64,000 nucleotides of DNA, taken from positions 187,428,001 through 187,492,000 of the forward strand of contig NC_058368.1 in assembly GCF_018350175.1 (NCBI RefSeq), read 5' to 3'. A program made the position numbers and the translations under genes. Numbering within the stretch: the stretch's first letter is position 1; every line of letters starts with the position of its first letter. The notes beneath the pieces are model-generated. The model saw only the letters and a list, made by a program, of their open reading frames with translations, had not been told where the DNA came from and did no database searches. Origin of the DNA: Felis catus (taxonomy: Eukaryota). Of this stretch, positions 13,675 to 27,856 are shown piece by piece.

Positions 13675-14115
13675 AGCTACAAATTCTTTGTGGCTTTTCT
13701 GATCAACAGGCAATTTTCTCCAACCTTTGAATCTTGGCTGGTCTTACAATTTCTTTGACTAATAGAATGTGGCAGAAGCAACATGGTGCAAGTTCCACAG
13801 CCTTGTAGCTTCTGTCTCCACCATGTTGGAATGTTTTCCTGAGAATACCACATAAGAAAACTAATCTAGCCTTCTGTAAAAGAAGAAGCCATATGGGGAA
13901 GAAACAAGGCATCATAGGCCACATCTAACATCAACTGCCAAACATACAAGTGAAGCTTTCTTGGAGCTTCCAATCCAATTGACCCTCCAGCAACCAGAAT
14001 TTTGAGCCCAAGAAAAACCAGCAGAGAGGACACCCTACCAGCCTACAGAAGCACAAAGAATGAGTCATTGTTGCTTTAAGCTAGTAAGCTTTGAGGTGGT
14101 TTGTTACAGAGCAAA
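13675..14115 (+). mobile_element. MLT1 (MaLR) LTR remnant
   Basis: AATAGAATGTGGCAGAAG...TTTAAGCTAGTAAGCTTTGAGGTGGTTTGTTACA. Confidence 0.6.
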
Positions 14116-14867
14116 GGTTGGGACTGAGTCTCTATTTCCTCATTTAAATGGGATGTTAATGCATATCCAACTCTTCATTTGTTTATTCAACAGAGTTATT
14201 GAGCATTTACTATATAATATCTATATAATATGTATTCATATGTAATTTTGAGAATCAAATGAGATGAAGGATGTTAATATACTCGGGAATATTAGTTTTA
14301 CTGGTACTAGCACCTCCCTTTCATGTAGCTCCCACATTTTTTAAGCACTTAAATCCACTTTGTATTTTATTCTCTCAAAGAATCAGTTTGCATCATTTCC
14401 AGTCATCTCTGATGGAGCTAATCCTTTGACACCTGCCCTTCTACTCTAATTCTCAGATAGGCCTGCCCTTAGGTAAAGGACCCCTGGGATGTTCTTCTTA
14501 AAGAGTCAGAAATTCACTCCTCATGGGGAGCACAAAACTATTACTGTAAAGCACGAAGGTGGAGGACTTTCCATTACTATCCCAATAAGAACCTTTTTAA
14601 AAAATCTTTAATAACTATAATAATTAAAATTCATTGAGCACTTACTATGTGTCAGTACTAAGCTTTTTAGTGAATGGTCATTGGATTCAACAGCACACTG
14701 AGATATGTACTATTATAAATCCCTACTTGGGAGTAAGGAAACTAAAGACCTAGTAATATTAAATAATGTGCCCAAAGGCATATGGCATGAAGTGGACCAA
14801 GATTCAATCCCTGGTATTCTGAGTCCAGAGCACCACCCTTAACCACTTCCCTGGTCTATTCAGTTTA

Positions 14868-15068
14868 CTTTTTTTTATATTTTAAATGTTTATTTATGTT
14901 TGAGACAGAAAGATAGAGAGTGAGCAGAGGAGGGGCAGAGAAAGAGGGAGACAGAATTCCAAGCAGGCTCTTTCCTCCTGATGTGGGGCTCGAATCTATG
15001 AACCGCAAAATCATGACCTGAACCGAAACTGAGAGACCCTTAACTGACTGAGCCACCCAGGCATCCCC
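14868..15068 (-). mobile_element. Can-SINE
   Basis: Reverse-complement SINE body; TSD TCAGTTTA. Confidence 0.9.
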
Positions 15069-15860
15069 TCAGTTTATCTTTTTGAAGCCATGTCTCACCA
15101 TGGCTCTCAATACTTGTCCTTGATGAAGAACATATTGTTTTCAAGCTAAGCTCATTGGAGGTCAAGTTCTGTGACCTTGGCCAAGCCATCTCCTGCTCTA
15201 CCCCTCTACCTCACACTAAGTAAATTAAGCAGGTTAGACCAGGTAATGTTGAAAACCCCTTCCAGCCCTGAAAATCAGATGGTAAATTCTTTACTAACAT
15301 CTTGTTATATTCTGAATTTTATTTCCTTCTTACTAACGCAACTAAAGGGCATTAGGGGAGAAAAAAGAAAAGCAGATGCTATAAAAGTATGTTTATTAAC
15401 TAAGGTAGAGAAATGAAAAGGCAACAGAGGGGATTCTATTTATATCTCCCTTGAAGATTATGCTATAATCGATACTATTTGATTTTTTTTAATGCATTCA
15501 TTCAGAACCAAGACCCTGTAGGGCGCTCTTTAAGTCTGACACTGAATGAAATAATTGAATTAAAATAGGCTTGAGGGTTTTGCAAGGCATTAAACTCCCT
15601 GAAGAGATTCAGGACTTGATCAAGGCCACTTCAGCACCAGCACTGATGACACCACAGGAAAACAGGATTTGGTCACAGGTATTTCTGGGCACATGTGAGG
15701 AGGGGAGTTCTAGGCTCCTTGGAAAGGGGGCTGTTACAGTAGAAGTGATAGCTCAGGGAAAATAAACTCGGCACGAAAATTTCCCAACAGTTCACTGGAG
15801 TCTGACATTCACTTCATGACATTATCTTGGATAAAACTTATCCTTCTGGGGCTGAATCAG

Positions 15861-16538
15861 ATCAGAGTCTGACTCTTGATTTCAGCTCAGGTCATAATTT
15901 CATGGTTCATGAGATCAAGCCCCCTGTTAGGCTCCATGCTGTCTGAGCAGAGCTTGCTTGGGATTCTCTCTCTTCCTTTCTCTCTGCCCCTCCCCTGCTT
16001 ATGCTCTGTCTCTCCCTCAATATAAATAAGTAAACATTTTTTAAAAACCCTATCATTCCATAGCTGAAAATTAAGTCTAATAGCAATCATTAACAAGTAC
16101 CATTCAAGGGTTCCTAGGTGGCTTAGTCAGGTGAGCATCTGACTCTTGATTTCTGCTCAGGTCATGATCTCACAGTCGTGGGATCAAGCCCCATGTTAGA
16201 CTTCACATTTAGCATGGAGCCTGCTTAAGACTCTCTCCCTCTGCCTCTGCCTCTGCCTCTGCTCCTCTCTCCACTTGCTCACTCGTGCATGAGCTCGCTC
16301 AAAAAAATTTTTAATTAAAAAACAAAGTACCGGGGCGCCTGGGTGGCTCAGTCGGTTGAGCATCCGACTTCGACTCAGGTCATGATCTCGCAGTCTGTGA
16401 GTTCGAGCCCCACATTGGGCTCTGTGCTGACAGCTCAGAGCCTGCAGCCTGCTTCAGATTCTGTGTCTCCCCCTCTCTCTGCCCCTCCCCTGCTCATGCT
16501 CTGTCTCTCTGTCAAAAATAAATAAATATTAAAAAAAA
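15861..16538 (+). mobile_element. Cluster of three Can-SINEs (~15861-16045, 16107-16320, 16332-16538)
   Basis: Three SINE bodies with CT tracts and A tails; repeated target AAGTACC(ATTCA). Confidence 0.9.
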
Positions 16539-16656
16539 AAGTACCATTCATTATGCACCCTCCATATTCTAGGTAGGGTACTGACCTAAATATTTTTTAT
16601 GCATTAGCTTATATAGTCTTCACAGCTATATGAGGTTAAAAATCATCAAGCCCATA

Positions 16657-17056
16657 CAGATAAAGAAGACGTGGCATACATATATACAATGGAATATTAC
16701 TCAGCCACAAAAAAAGAATGAAATCTTGCCAGTTAGACAGTATTATGCTAAGTGAAATAAGTCCATTAGAGAAAGACAAATGCCATATGATTTCACTCCT
16801 ATGTGGAATTTAAGAAACAAGACAGAGGAACATAGGAGGAAAAAAAAAGAGACAAACCATAAAATAGGCTCTTAACTATAGAGACAAACAGGGTTGCTGG
16901 AAGAGAGGTGGGTTGGGGGGTGGATTAAGTGGGTGATGGATATTAAGGAGGGCACTTTGAAAAGCACTGGGTGTTGTATGTAACTGATGAAGCACTAAAT
17001 TCTACACCTGTATGTTAACCAACTAGAACTTAAATAAAAACTTGAAAGAAAAAAAA
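16657..17056 (+). mobile_element. L1 3' fragment inside a MIR-like element
   Basis: ORF2 end, 3'UTR and poly(A); approximate TSD CATCAAGC(C/T)CAT. Confidence 0.85.
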
Positions 17057-17483
17057 ACCCATCAAGCTCATTTTATAGATGGGAAAACTGAGGTGCCAAG
17101 TAATGCCAGGACTTGCCCAAGTTTATGCAGCTAACAAGTTGTAGACCAAAACCCTTATCTGTGGTGCCCATCCAGTACTCTTCAGCACTATACCACTTAA
17201 AGTGCAAGTGGCATGTTATTGCAGGAATGTGACCTGGGAGAAATACATGCCTACAGATTCTTTCCTCAGGTGCATGCCATCTGGTCAGTAAACCCTACAT
17301 ACCAGAATAGCTCAAATTACAAATGACTGAGGTCAGATCCAAACCTGAGAACAGGTTTCCACATGGGCAGGCAGATAGGACAAAGTCACAGTGAGGACCT
17401 AAACTACCCCTCACAAGTCTACCCAAGACTGGCCCAGTTGGCCACTTTTATTTTTAACGTATTACTAAAATTTTGATTCCAAT

Positions 17484-18238
17484 GTGTAGGGGGTTCTTTC
17501 CCCCACTAAACGACTCTCCAACATAAACTGGTTGTCCCGTAATTTAACTCCACTCTGATACTATTTACCGAGCTATAACATCGGGTTCCAAAGGTTAAGG
17601 GCTCAGCCCCACAAGACTGCTTCTCCACCTCCACTTCAGATATAAGCCCAAGTTTTCTGACCCATCGGTTATGGGTTGGAAGTTCCAATAACCTGCTCCT
17701 TATTTTCAATTAACTTGCTAGAGCAGCTCACAGAACCTGAAGAAACATCGTACTTACAAGGTTGTCAGTTTATTACAAATGGAGGTAACTCAGGAACAAC
17801 CAGCCAGAGGAAATGCATGGGACAAGGTATGGGGAAAGGGTGAGGAGCCTCCGTGCTCTCAGGGCAAGCCCCTCTGCTCAAAGCTCTATGTGTTCACCAA
17901 CGTGGAAGCTCTCGGAACCCAGAGCTTTGGGGGTTTTATGGAGGCTTCATTATACAGGCATGATTGATTAACGCATTAACCAGTAGTGACTGAACTCAAT
18001 CTCCAGACCCTCTCTCCTCCCTGGAGCTCAGAGAGCTAACGTTGAAAGTTTGAACTTTGAATCATATGGTTGGTTCTCCTGGCAACCAGTCCCCATCCTT
18101 AGGTGTCATCCACTGTCACCTCATTAATACAACACCTTTGTCACTCTTATCACAGGAAATTCCAAGGCTTTTAGGACCACAGTGCCAGAAATGGGAATGA
18201 ACACCAAATGCATATATATTATAAATCACAGTATCACA
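17484..18238 (-). mobile_element. Old solo LTR, MER21-like
   Basis: Minus strand begins TGTGATACTGTGATTTATAATATATATGCATTTGG and ends CA; resembles MER21 by recollection. Confidence 0.65.
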
Positions 18239-19857
18239 ATTGGGCATTCCATGGGATTAGGAACTGTGTCTTCCTTCCCTAGTATCCAGCACCTATAGTT
18301 TGTTGAGAAGATGCAAGAGTACCTGAAAGAAGCAAAATAAAACATACAAAATGAAGTAAACCAAAAAACAAGGAATCTCAATCCAAAATCTAACCATTCT
18401 CCCCTGAAGGAAAAAAAAAAAAAAAAAAAGGAAAGCAGAACTGGGCAGGGGTACTCAGAGCAGGTGGGCTTTAGGAGGATGTGAGATCCCTTCTGATGAG
18501 AGAAAAAACTCTCTAAAGGCCTGAGATATAAAGGAAGCATTTTAGATTTCTAAGTCAACATGATTGTACATAAACTTTGCTTCAACCAAACACTCTGATT
18601 GATGGCCCACCAAGCATACCTTGTGTACCTGCTTTGTAGATGAGTAGCCTAAAGGAAAACCATCTTGTCCTTAAGATATCAATCAGTGCTCCTACTCCCT
18701 GCATTACTTGACGTTAAAACTTGTGGCTCCTGCCTATATGCTCATTTATAATCTTTTGATCCTTTACAAGATAGGAAAGTATATAACCCTATGAAAACTG
18801 TTCATTCTCTGGAACACTTTTTTCCCCATGAAGAGTATGTTTCCGGGACCATTGTCCAAACTCAGGCTCAGATAAAACTCTTTCTTAGTTTTAGAGATTC
18901 TAAAAGGTTTGGTTATTTTGCATCGACACTGTCAGGTCAGTTGCAAGAGATGCTAACAGCTGAAATGACCACTCTCTGAATTGCTAGCCTTAGATCATAC
19001 TTATGACATTTGAGTGTGCATTAGAATCACCTGGGGAATTTATTAAACCACAGATTTCTGCTTCACCCCCAGAGGTTCTGAATTTTGCATTTCTAATTCC
19101 CTGGTGATACTAATGCTGCTGGTTTGGGGTCTAGCATGCAACCTTCATCGAACATTCGATGTGCAGCCAAACCAGAGAGTAATGTAGGAGCATTACGTGA
19201 AATTCATGGGCTTGAAATTCATAACCATAAGATAACAGCAAATATTTATTGAACCCTTAACATGTGACAGTCACTCCAGTGAGTACATTACTGTATGATC
19301 TCATTTAATCCACACTGGAACCTTTCAAGCAGGGACTATTCTTCCCATTTTACTGATTAGGAGAATGAGAGATATTAAATAGTTTGTCCCAGGCCATAAA
19401 CTGGTAAGTGACAACCTGGAAATCCAGATCACACGTATGTCTATGCAGACTCAGAACCATTGGGCCTCTAAATTTAGCCCCTTCCCCAAGGCACTCAGTG
19501 TTCTGGTCTCTGCCTCAAATCTTCAGTATTTGGTTGAGTCCAGATACTGGAACAACTGGAGTCAACATCATAGAGATGATATGTTAGATAGACAGATCAA
19601 TCTGTATTCATAGATACATATACGAATAAACAAATGCAAATCACACAATGGTTCTACTGATTTCAATACTTTTCTAAACCCAGACACTGTCCTGTTTACA
19701 CTCCTTCAATGGCACTTCCAAATATGGCATATTCATGGCCCTTCATGATGGGGGCCCAGCCTGGGACTGCCTGGCCCGTCACCCCTCCTCCATTTTCTCC
19801 CGTCCACTTTCAGTTCCCCAAATCCAACCAGGCCACCAGGCCTTTATCAATGATATT

Positions 19858-20076
19858 TTTTTTCTTTTTAATGTTTATTTATTTTTGAGAGAGAGAAAGA
19901 CACAGAGCATGAACAGGGGAGGGGCAGAGAGAGAGAGAGGGAGACCCAGAGTCTGAAGCAGGCTCCAGACTCCAAGCTGTCAGCACATAGCCCAATGCGG
20001 GGCTCGAACCCACAGACTGAGATCATGACCTGAGCCGAAGTCGGATGCCTAACCAACTGAGCCACCCAGGTGCCCC
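19858..20076 (-). mobile_element. Can-SINE
   Basis: Reverse-complement SINE body; TSD core ATGATATT. Confidence 0.9.
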
Positions 20077-22969
20077 TGTCCATGATATTCTTTCTCCATC
20101 CTTCCTCCCTATCTGCCTGGAGAACTTCTACCCATCCTTTAAAACTACTATCACTTCTTATCAAAACTTCTTATCAAAAATCCTCTCCCACATACCTCCT
20201 CAGAGCAAACACAGCAGCACATCTAACAGACTCCATTTCATCACTACTATTTCTCATTCCCTATACCCTATTCACTGAATTTCCAAGAGACCCTTTTAAC
20301 AGAATCCTGGCTCCACCCTGAGAATGAGACTTTCTCTAAAGACTCTTCCAGTATGGACTGTACTGTCTCCCCTCCACCAGGCCTGCAGACAGGGTAGTAT
20401 CCTTTAGCCTTTCTTCTAGACGACTCCCCTTCCTTCCTCAGTAAAACCCCTGCAGCTTTGAATCACCAGTTATCAGATTACACCACTCACCACCCCTCCT
20501 TATTACAGTCCACTCCCTAGGTCCCACCCTTTATTCCTAAAATGTTTACCCCTGGCTTATCTTCCCTCCCTCCAATACCAGTTCTGTCTTAATTATTGGT
20601 GATTTCCACATCTACATTGTTGACCCTTCCAATATCCTGTTCACTCACTCCCTTTACTTTTCTCACCTGCAGTGAACTGGTTCTCCATCCCACTTCACCA
20701 GTCACTTCCATGGCCTCATCCCATACTCTAGACTTTGTCATTACCAATCACTGAAACCTCTCCAAACTCTCACTTGCAAGCATACCACTTTCCAAGGGAG
20801 GACATGACACAGGGGACAGGATGAGTGACAGTGACAGAGGCTCAGATTCCCTAGTCCATTGTCATCATTGCTCCCTCTTCTCCAATCCTCTGGCCTCTTC
20901 ACTTTGTCATACTGGCTAAACAACACATCTCTTCATTGGAATTAAGTCTCTGCCTGCTCAACCCACACCCTGAGAGCTAAGAGCTGCTAGAGAGAAATAT
21001 AACCATGCTGACTGGGTCGCCGAAGTCTTGATTGTAAACCTCAAGCAGGAGCCCATTCATTCTTCCACCCCCCTTGATGATTCTTTCATGACTTTTCCTC
21101 TTTGCAAACCCCGAGTCCCCTTCTCAATTTTCAGCCCTTGACTTGACTTCTCTAAATTATTAAGAAAATAAAGGCAATCAGGAACTTCCACTAGCTCCCA
21201 TGTCATCTCACTCTCCTGCCTGCCCACCTACATTCTCCAATGGGTGTGATGTCAGGCTCCAGACACCTTCCACTCTGGCCACCCAAGGATTCCTGACCCT
21301 GTAACGCCACTAAGCCACATTCTGCCCTCTTTGAGACAAATTCTCTAGCTCCCCTGGATAGGATGATACCATGGAGACAGCAAATAAACTGTGGTGGATC
21401 TCTTTTCTTCTGTTAAATTAGAAATTTAAATTATTCCTTTGTGCTTTGTATGCAAGTAGAGGATAAGGCCCTTGATATGTTACTATTTCAACAAGTGAAA
21501 GGCTAGGCATCTCTATATTGTATTGTTCCCTGTATTGTTCCTCCTATTCATCTGGTTTCTACTTATTTCAAATACAGTGGCCCAGAGAAGACAAATAAAA
21601 TAGGATTTGAGTCCTTAATGTGTTGTGTGTTTATTTGGATTTACCAAGACCAATTGTTCAATTCAATCAGTAAAAATAAAATCTTATTCAGTCTTTTTCC
21701 CTTGTAATCATTGGAGCATCTCAAATGTGAATAGTGTTTGGGGGCGGGAAGTATGTGTGGGGGTGAGATGGAGATTGAAATGTCACTTGATGTGAACTTT
21801 CAAAAAAATTCTTCACTTTTCACAGACATTTTTTGAAAAAGAGTACTATATATGATATTTCTCTCCTTCCTTTCTAGCCCTGTCAACAATTCAAATTCCC
21901 ATTTTCCTATTACATTAGTTAAGGTTATAGGAAAGAATCTTCTAAGGCTATTTGCATTTTAATTTACATTGAACACTTACCATCTGCCTTGGCATTATTC
22001 AAGTGCTTTATGTCTGTTATTTCAATCTTTACTCTCATCTTCACAGGATAGGTAGTATTTTATCATCATCCTTATTTACAAATTTGGAAACAGGCTTAGA
22101 TAAATTCAGGGATCAGCCCAAGGTCTCTAGCTACTAAGTGGGGGACCTGAAGACCAAACCTACTCAGTCTGACTTTTAAGTGTGTATACCAGGGATGTCC
22201 CAACATTTTCCATTTCCTTCTATGTGATTCACTCCTTTGTATCCTACAGTCCATTGAGTATTTAAGAGGAGAATGGGATAAATGGGGTCCAGTTTCACTG
22301 AGAGGATAAAAGATGAGTTAAGTCATACAGAATAGATTGACTTCCTCAGGATAAGAATTAGTAGAGGCAAAATGCAAATTCTGCTGATGGAGAAACCTCT
22401 TCCATTTTATTAAGAAAGACATTTTATTTGTTTTTAAATATAATTACATTTGCATAGTAAAATTTCTGAAAACTATATATATTCAAGTGGAAATAGTGCT
22501 TATTTATGAGTAATTGACATTTAAATACTTTTTTATAGTTGAGGAACTTTTTGTTTGTCTCGTTTTTATTTATACATATCAATATGATGAATCACTAAAT
22601 TCTACTCCTGAAACTAATATTACACTATATGTTAACTAACTGGTATTTAAATAAAGAAACCTCTTACATTTTAAATTCTTATCTGCTAACACAGTGGCAA
22701 GGACAGGACAAGCCCAGTCTCTAAGTATCTTAAGGAGGTAATCTGAGATAGTGATTTCTGGAGTGAAAACTGCCAAGGTTAAAGTCAGGCTTTTCTTACC
22801 ATGTGAACTTGTGCCACTTACTTAACTCTCAAGTACTTCCTAGGCAAATAAGGATAATAATAATAATAGCAGCAACTTCAGAGTCAAGTTGGTACCAAGT
22901 GTTCACCAAAGGGACAACATTAAACTTTGAATGCAGCATGAGAGACTAAGACACAAAGGCTAGATCATC

Positions 22970-23488
22970 TGTAAAAATAAAATTCTAGCCTACTATCTGC
23001 ACTCAGCCCAGGAAACCAACCCATTATCTATGGTAATGAGCCCAGGAAACCAGCCTACTCACTATTTATAAGTGAGACTTGCAAAAAGTCAAAAGACCAC
23101 TAATCTCTAGAAAAAAATCCATGAAACCAAATAACTCCTGAAACAATCATCCCCCAATAGGCAGAACTTCATTAGTAACTTGCACCTTCATTAAATTTTC
23201 TCCTTATAACTTAGAAACAACCAGAGAAAGCCAAATAGGCACCCTTAACCAATCACACAAGATGTCCTGCTTCTGGTTAGCCCACTTACAACTTCCTCAT
23301 GCTAACAGCCTCTAAGCTGGATATACCTGAAGTCTTCCCTTTTCTCCCCTCTAAAGCTTTCCCACTCCTCTGCCTGCTTTTGAGTCACAGCCAAAACAAA
23401 AGTAATGGTGGCTGGATCCCTTTATACACAGCAAGCCCTAAATAAATAGCTTTCCCATCTTCCCATTGTGTTGGTCTTTATTTCCACA
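22970..23488 (+). mobile_element. Old ERV solo LTR, family uncertain
   Basis: TGTAAAAATAAAAT start; repeated CCCAGGAAACCA; CCAAT; AATAAA at ~23441; ends TTCCACA. Confidence 0.6.
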
Positions 23489-25675
23489 AATCCTAACTAA
23501 ACTCATTCAGGTGAAAAATCATGGGGTCTTAGATCAAGATGGTAACAGTGAAGATGGCAAGAAGTGAGCAGATTCAGATAGAACCTGAAGAGGTGAGGTA
23601 AGAGAAAATAAGAATCAAATTCCAGTCAGCTAACTCAGTGGGCAATGGTGCCATGTACAGAGATGGGGAAGGCTGGATACCTGCGTTCCCAAACTGGAAA
23701 AACAGTGCTTTAGGCTTTCCTACTCCCTGAACACACAGTAATATAAATAGCTCCAAAAATCTTTAAGAGACCATCTCAGCCAGCCCAACATGTGGGCAGA
23801 GGATCATTTCTTTGGATGGAGTTCATGAGTGTCATAAGCTCTCACTGCCATGAACTTCTTCTCCTGCCTCAAAAACAAATCTTTGCAATCCCCTGACTGA
23901 TACATGAAATTTTACCCTTGGAACTGGCTTCAACCACAATTAAAAAGTTAATAAAACAGCATAATCTTAATTTGTTCTAAAATACATGTATATCTGGAAG
24001 GAAATAGAGAAAAATGTTAACCACATTTGTTATCTCTGGATAGTGGTATTCTGGGTGATTTAAATTTTCTTCTTAACACATTTCTGTATTTCCTAAGCCT
24101 TTAATAATGAGCAAGAACTTTTCTTATTTAAAAAAAATGCATTTCTTAAAAACAAGATCTCTGGGATAGTTAACAAATTAAAAGCTGTCAGTCATTTCTT
24201 CCCAAATGGAGTGTATATCAAGCATGTACAAGTTCTAATGGGGAGTGTAGAATATATGAGAACTGGCTAATAGGGTCAAAGGCACAAGGAGGAATATGTT
24301 CCCCAAAACTTCAAAATAAGGCCAAAACAGCCCTGACTGCAGCTATGTGAGAAAAAGTGGCTATAGAGTTCAGCCCAGAGACATGAGCTGTGATACAAAC
24401 ATATGCAGTATTTCCAAACACTTTTTCAGGGGGGGGTCACTACCAGCCTGAGAACAGGGAACAGCCTATTTTTTAACTAAATAATTAATTTTAAATGCAA
24501 ACAGAGGCAAATTCAGAAATAGGCTGTCCCAAGAGAAGCCAATTCAGCCCTAAACCAGACCTCTTGACCAAGGCCTGGACTTGGAGAAGCACCAGGGTGT
24601 GTGGCCATGTTTTGTTACTTGGATGAGAAAAGGAAGTGAAATGATATCAGCCTCTTCTCCCCTCCCCCAAAATAGAAGAGGAAAGCTGTTATTGCCCAAT
24701 GGCCACCCCTCATACAACAGGGCCCTCTGCTCTAAACTTTACATCATTGGCTTATTTCCACTCATTCTTTGCTAAACTGACAAATATATCTGTTCACTTT
24801 GGCTTCAAGCAAAGACTAGACCCCTCCAGGGCCTAGGATTTAAAATGCTCAGCAGTGTGGCTAATTGATGCTGGGAGGATTATCGAAAGGGAGTTTCTCT
24901 TTCCTAGGACAACTTTCTCTGGCATTGTGTACGTAGGAGATAGACAGATGGATGGACTCTTGAAGTCAAGGACCCAGAAAAGTCCAGAAGCACATTTTCC
25001 TGCTCAACAGTAACACCAGGGGGACATTCAGACACATTTTTTTCCAACACATCCCATAATAATACCAAATTATCCAAAACTTGGAAATAAATTGAAGTGA
25101 GAAATGTTTGTCCTTTCAATGCCATTGTTTCTCAGACTCATGAGAGGATCATTTAATTAGGACTTTGATCTTGCCTTTCACTACTTGTTTAGGGAACAAA
25201 CATTGTGAAAAGGATGTTAACTTATAGATTTCTGTCCCAAAGGTTACAATTTCATTGCCCTGTAGAACATTAACCAATTTTGTATCTTTTAGCAAATTCA
25301 CTTCCACATTCCTTTTGACTGGCTTATGATATCAATGTCTGTTCTTCAAATTTTCTTTTTGAACCACCTCTACCCTCTTACTGAGTCAGTCATTAATGAG
25401 TTGAGTAAAATCTTTACACATGCTTATTGTCTTTCATATGAGTCATGGTTCAGGGAGCAAAACGTTTCCTCTACCCTCTCACATTTAGAAATTAGAGTCT
25501 ACAAATTAAACCAAATGGAAAGATCAGCAAAAGAGAAAACAGATTTTAATCCTGTATGTATGGTAGTTTATACAAAAAGATGTGACCAAAGGGTTTATAT
25601 ATCATCTTAATAGGGGAGGTGGAGGGGGAATAGGCACTTGTGGGAAGAAAATGACTTCTTAGAAGGACAGCAGGA

Positions 25676-25914
25676 GGGGCGCCTGGGTGGCTCAGTCGGT
25701 TGAGCATCCAACTTCAGCTCAGGTCACGATCTCATGGTTCACGAGTTCGAGCCCCGCGTCAGGCTCTGGTCTGACAGCTCAGAGCCTGGAGCCTGCTTTG
25801 GATTCTGTGTCTCCCTCTATCTCTGCCCCTCTCCCGCTCATGCTCTGTCTGTCTCTCTCTCTCTCTGTCAAAAATAAATAAAACATTTTAAAAAAGTAAA
25901 AAAAAAAAAAAAAA
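25676..25914 (+). mobile_element. Can-SINE
   Basis: GGGGCGCCTGGGTGGCTCAG head; long A tail; TSD AAGGACAGCAGGA. Confidence 0.93.
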
Positions 25915-27316
25915 AAGGACAGCAGGAAAAGAGCACTTAGAAGAAATGGGGATATGATAGTTTTGTGACAATGCCTGTTTTGATGTGGTACCAACTTCTC
26001 ATCACCAAGGTTAGAAGGAAAGGATTTGTGACCATTGAGTTCTCCTGAGTTCTTTTGAAAGTCTCTTCTCTTAGGCAGATAAGGGAGTTGAGGATCTCAA
26101 ATCCTTCTGCCGCAAGTAACTTTTATGCAACCATAGCATATTCTATACCTTCACATGTATTAATTTTTTTTGGAAACTTAATTTTCCAATTTTCAGGAAA
26201 TTTAAGTCTCAAGGATAGCAGAAGAGCCACACCTCAGCAGAATAAAATCCATACTTTAAAACAAGTTCTGACACTAAAGTTCTTCCCACATTGCCAAACT
26301 AAATAGCTTGTGGCCTTAACCAAGTCACTTTCCCTCTCTGGGCTCAGTTTCCTCAGATGTAAACTAGGGCGGGTAGAAGAGGTGATCTCCACAGTTCCTT
26401 CCAGATCCAGTGATCTTTGATAAAGTTAATTCCTTGGCAAAACGATAGAAACAAGCCAGACTGATCTTTATGTCCTCTTCCCATTCCACTCCTAATGATG
26501 TCATTTCATAGATGAGCCCATGGTCCTGAATTTTCTCTCTCCATCAAGACCGTGTCCTATCCATCAGGGTACCTTTCCAACAGGGAATCTTGTCATGTTA
26601 TAAACTATAAAGTAATCAATACCAAGGGAAATGGCTCTTAAGAGATTAAGGTCTCATGCACATATACATACTATCCTTTAAAAGGTATCTATATTTACAT
26701 TCCAAGGAAGATAAAAATTTTTTCCCCATTGAGTGGTAGAATCCCAGGCAATGTGACAAGCAAGTAGGGTAGATTAGTGAGAGCAGGAGAATTTTAACAC
26801 TTCTACACCAAATGTATTTGGAGGGTTGAGTTTTGGTCAAAACAGGCCAGCGCTGAGTTTTGGCCAGTATCAGTCCCCATGACACACCAGCTGTTATATA
26901 TTTTGGACATTACCCTTGCTTTTTTGTCTTGGTTCATTGAGTCACATCTGCCTCCAAATACATACAACGATGATAAAATCTCTGCATCTGTTGCTAGGCA
27001 TTCATCTTCTCCAACCCAAAATGTAACATTTGCACACTGCATTTGATTAAGATGATTACACTTCATTCTCATTATTCTTCATTAAATAAAAAATAGATGC
27101 TTACGTATTTTTCTTTTTACTTATTAATCTGTCCTAATGTTTCTACACTGAATATTTCTTCAATGTTAGAGTTTAAATAATGAAAACAACTAACACAGAG
27201 ACTCTATTAAGGATAAGGAATGAGCTACCATCCTGATCCCTTCAATGAAGCTTATCTTTTTAATGCTCTTTTCCCCCTTCTCCCTAGCAATTAAAAGACA
27301 AGCATCGGTGCTGCAG

Positions 27317-27320
<4 letters not shown>

Positions 27321-27362
<42 letters not shown>
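27321..27362 (+). repeat. (GT)n microsatellite
   Basis: Perfect run. Confidence 0.95.
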
Positions 27363-27366
<4 letters not shown>

Positions 27367-27856
27367 TTCAGAGCAGAGGAGAACTAGTAGGACGGTTTTT
27401 TCCACTGCCAAAGTACTAACAACATACCATGTCTTGACTTACAGGAGAATTATTTCAACATCGTTTTTAATAAAGATATTGATGGGTCATCTTCTGGGTT
27501 ATCATCAGTTCTCAAGGGAATGTCCTGGCCTAGACAAGACACAGCACAAGTGGTCAAAGATGCATGTACAACAATGTTTCTCAATCCTGGCTGCACATTG
27601 GAATCACCTGAGGACACTTTCTTTTTTTTTTTTTTTTCAATATATGAAATTTGTCAAATTGGTTTCCATACAACACCCAGTGCTCATACCAAAAGGTGCC
27701 CTCCTCAATACCCATCACCCACCCTTCCCTCCCTCCCACACCCCATCAACCCTCAGTTTGTTCTCAGTTTATAACAGTCTCTTATGCTTTGGCTCTCTCC
27801 CACTCTAACCTCTTTTTTTTTTCCTTCCCCTCCCCCATAGGTTTCTGTTAAGTTTC

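Noticed and set aside
16332..16410. tRNA-like A/B boxes
   Set aside because: These are Can-SINE heads followed by SINE body, CT tract and poly(A), not tRNA genes.
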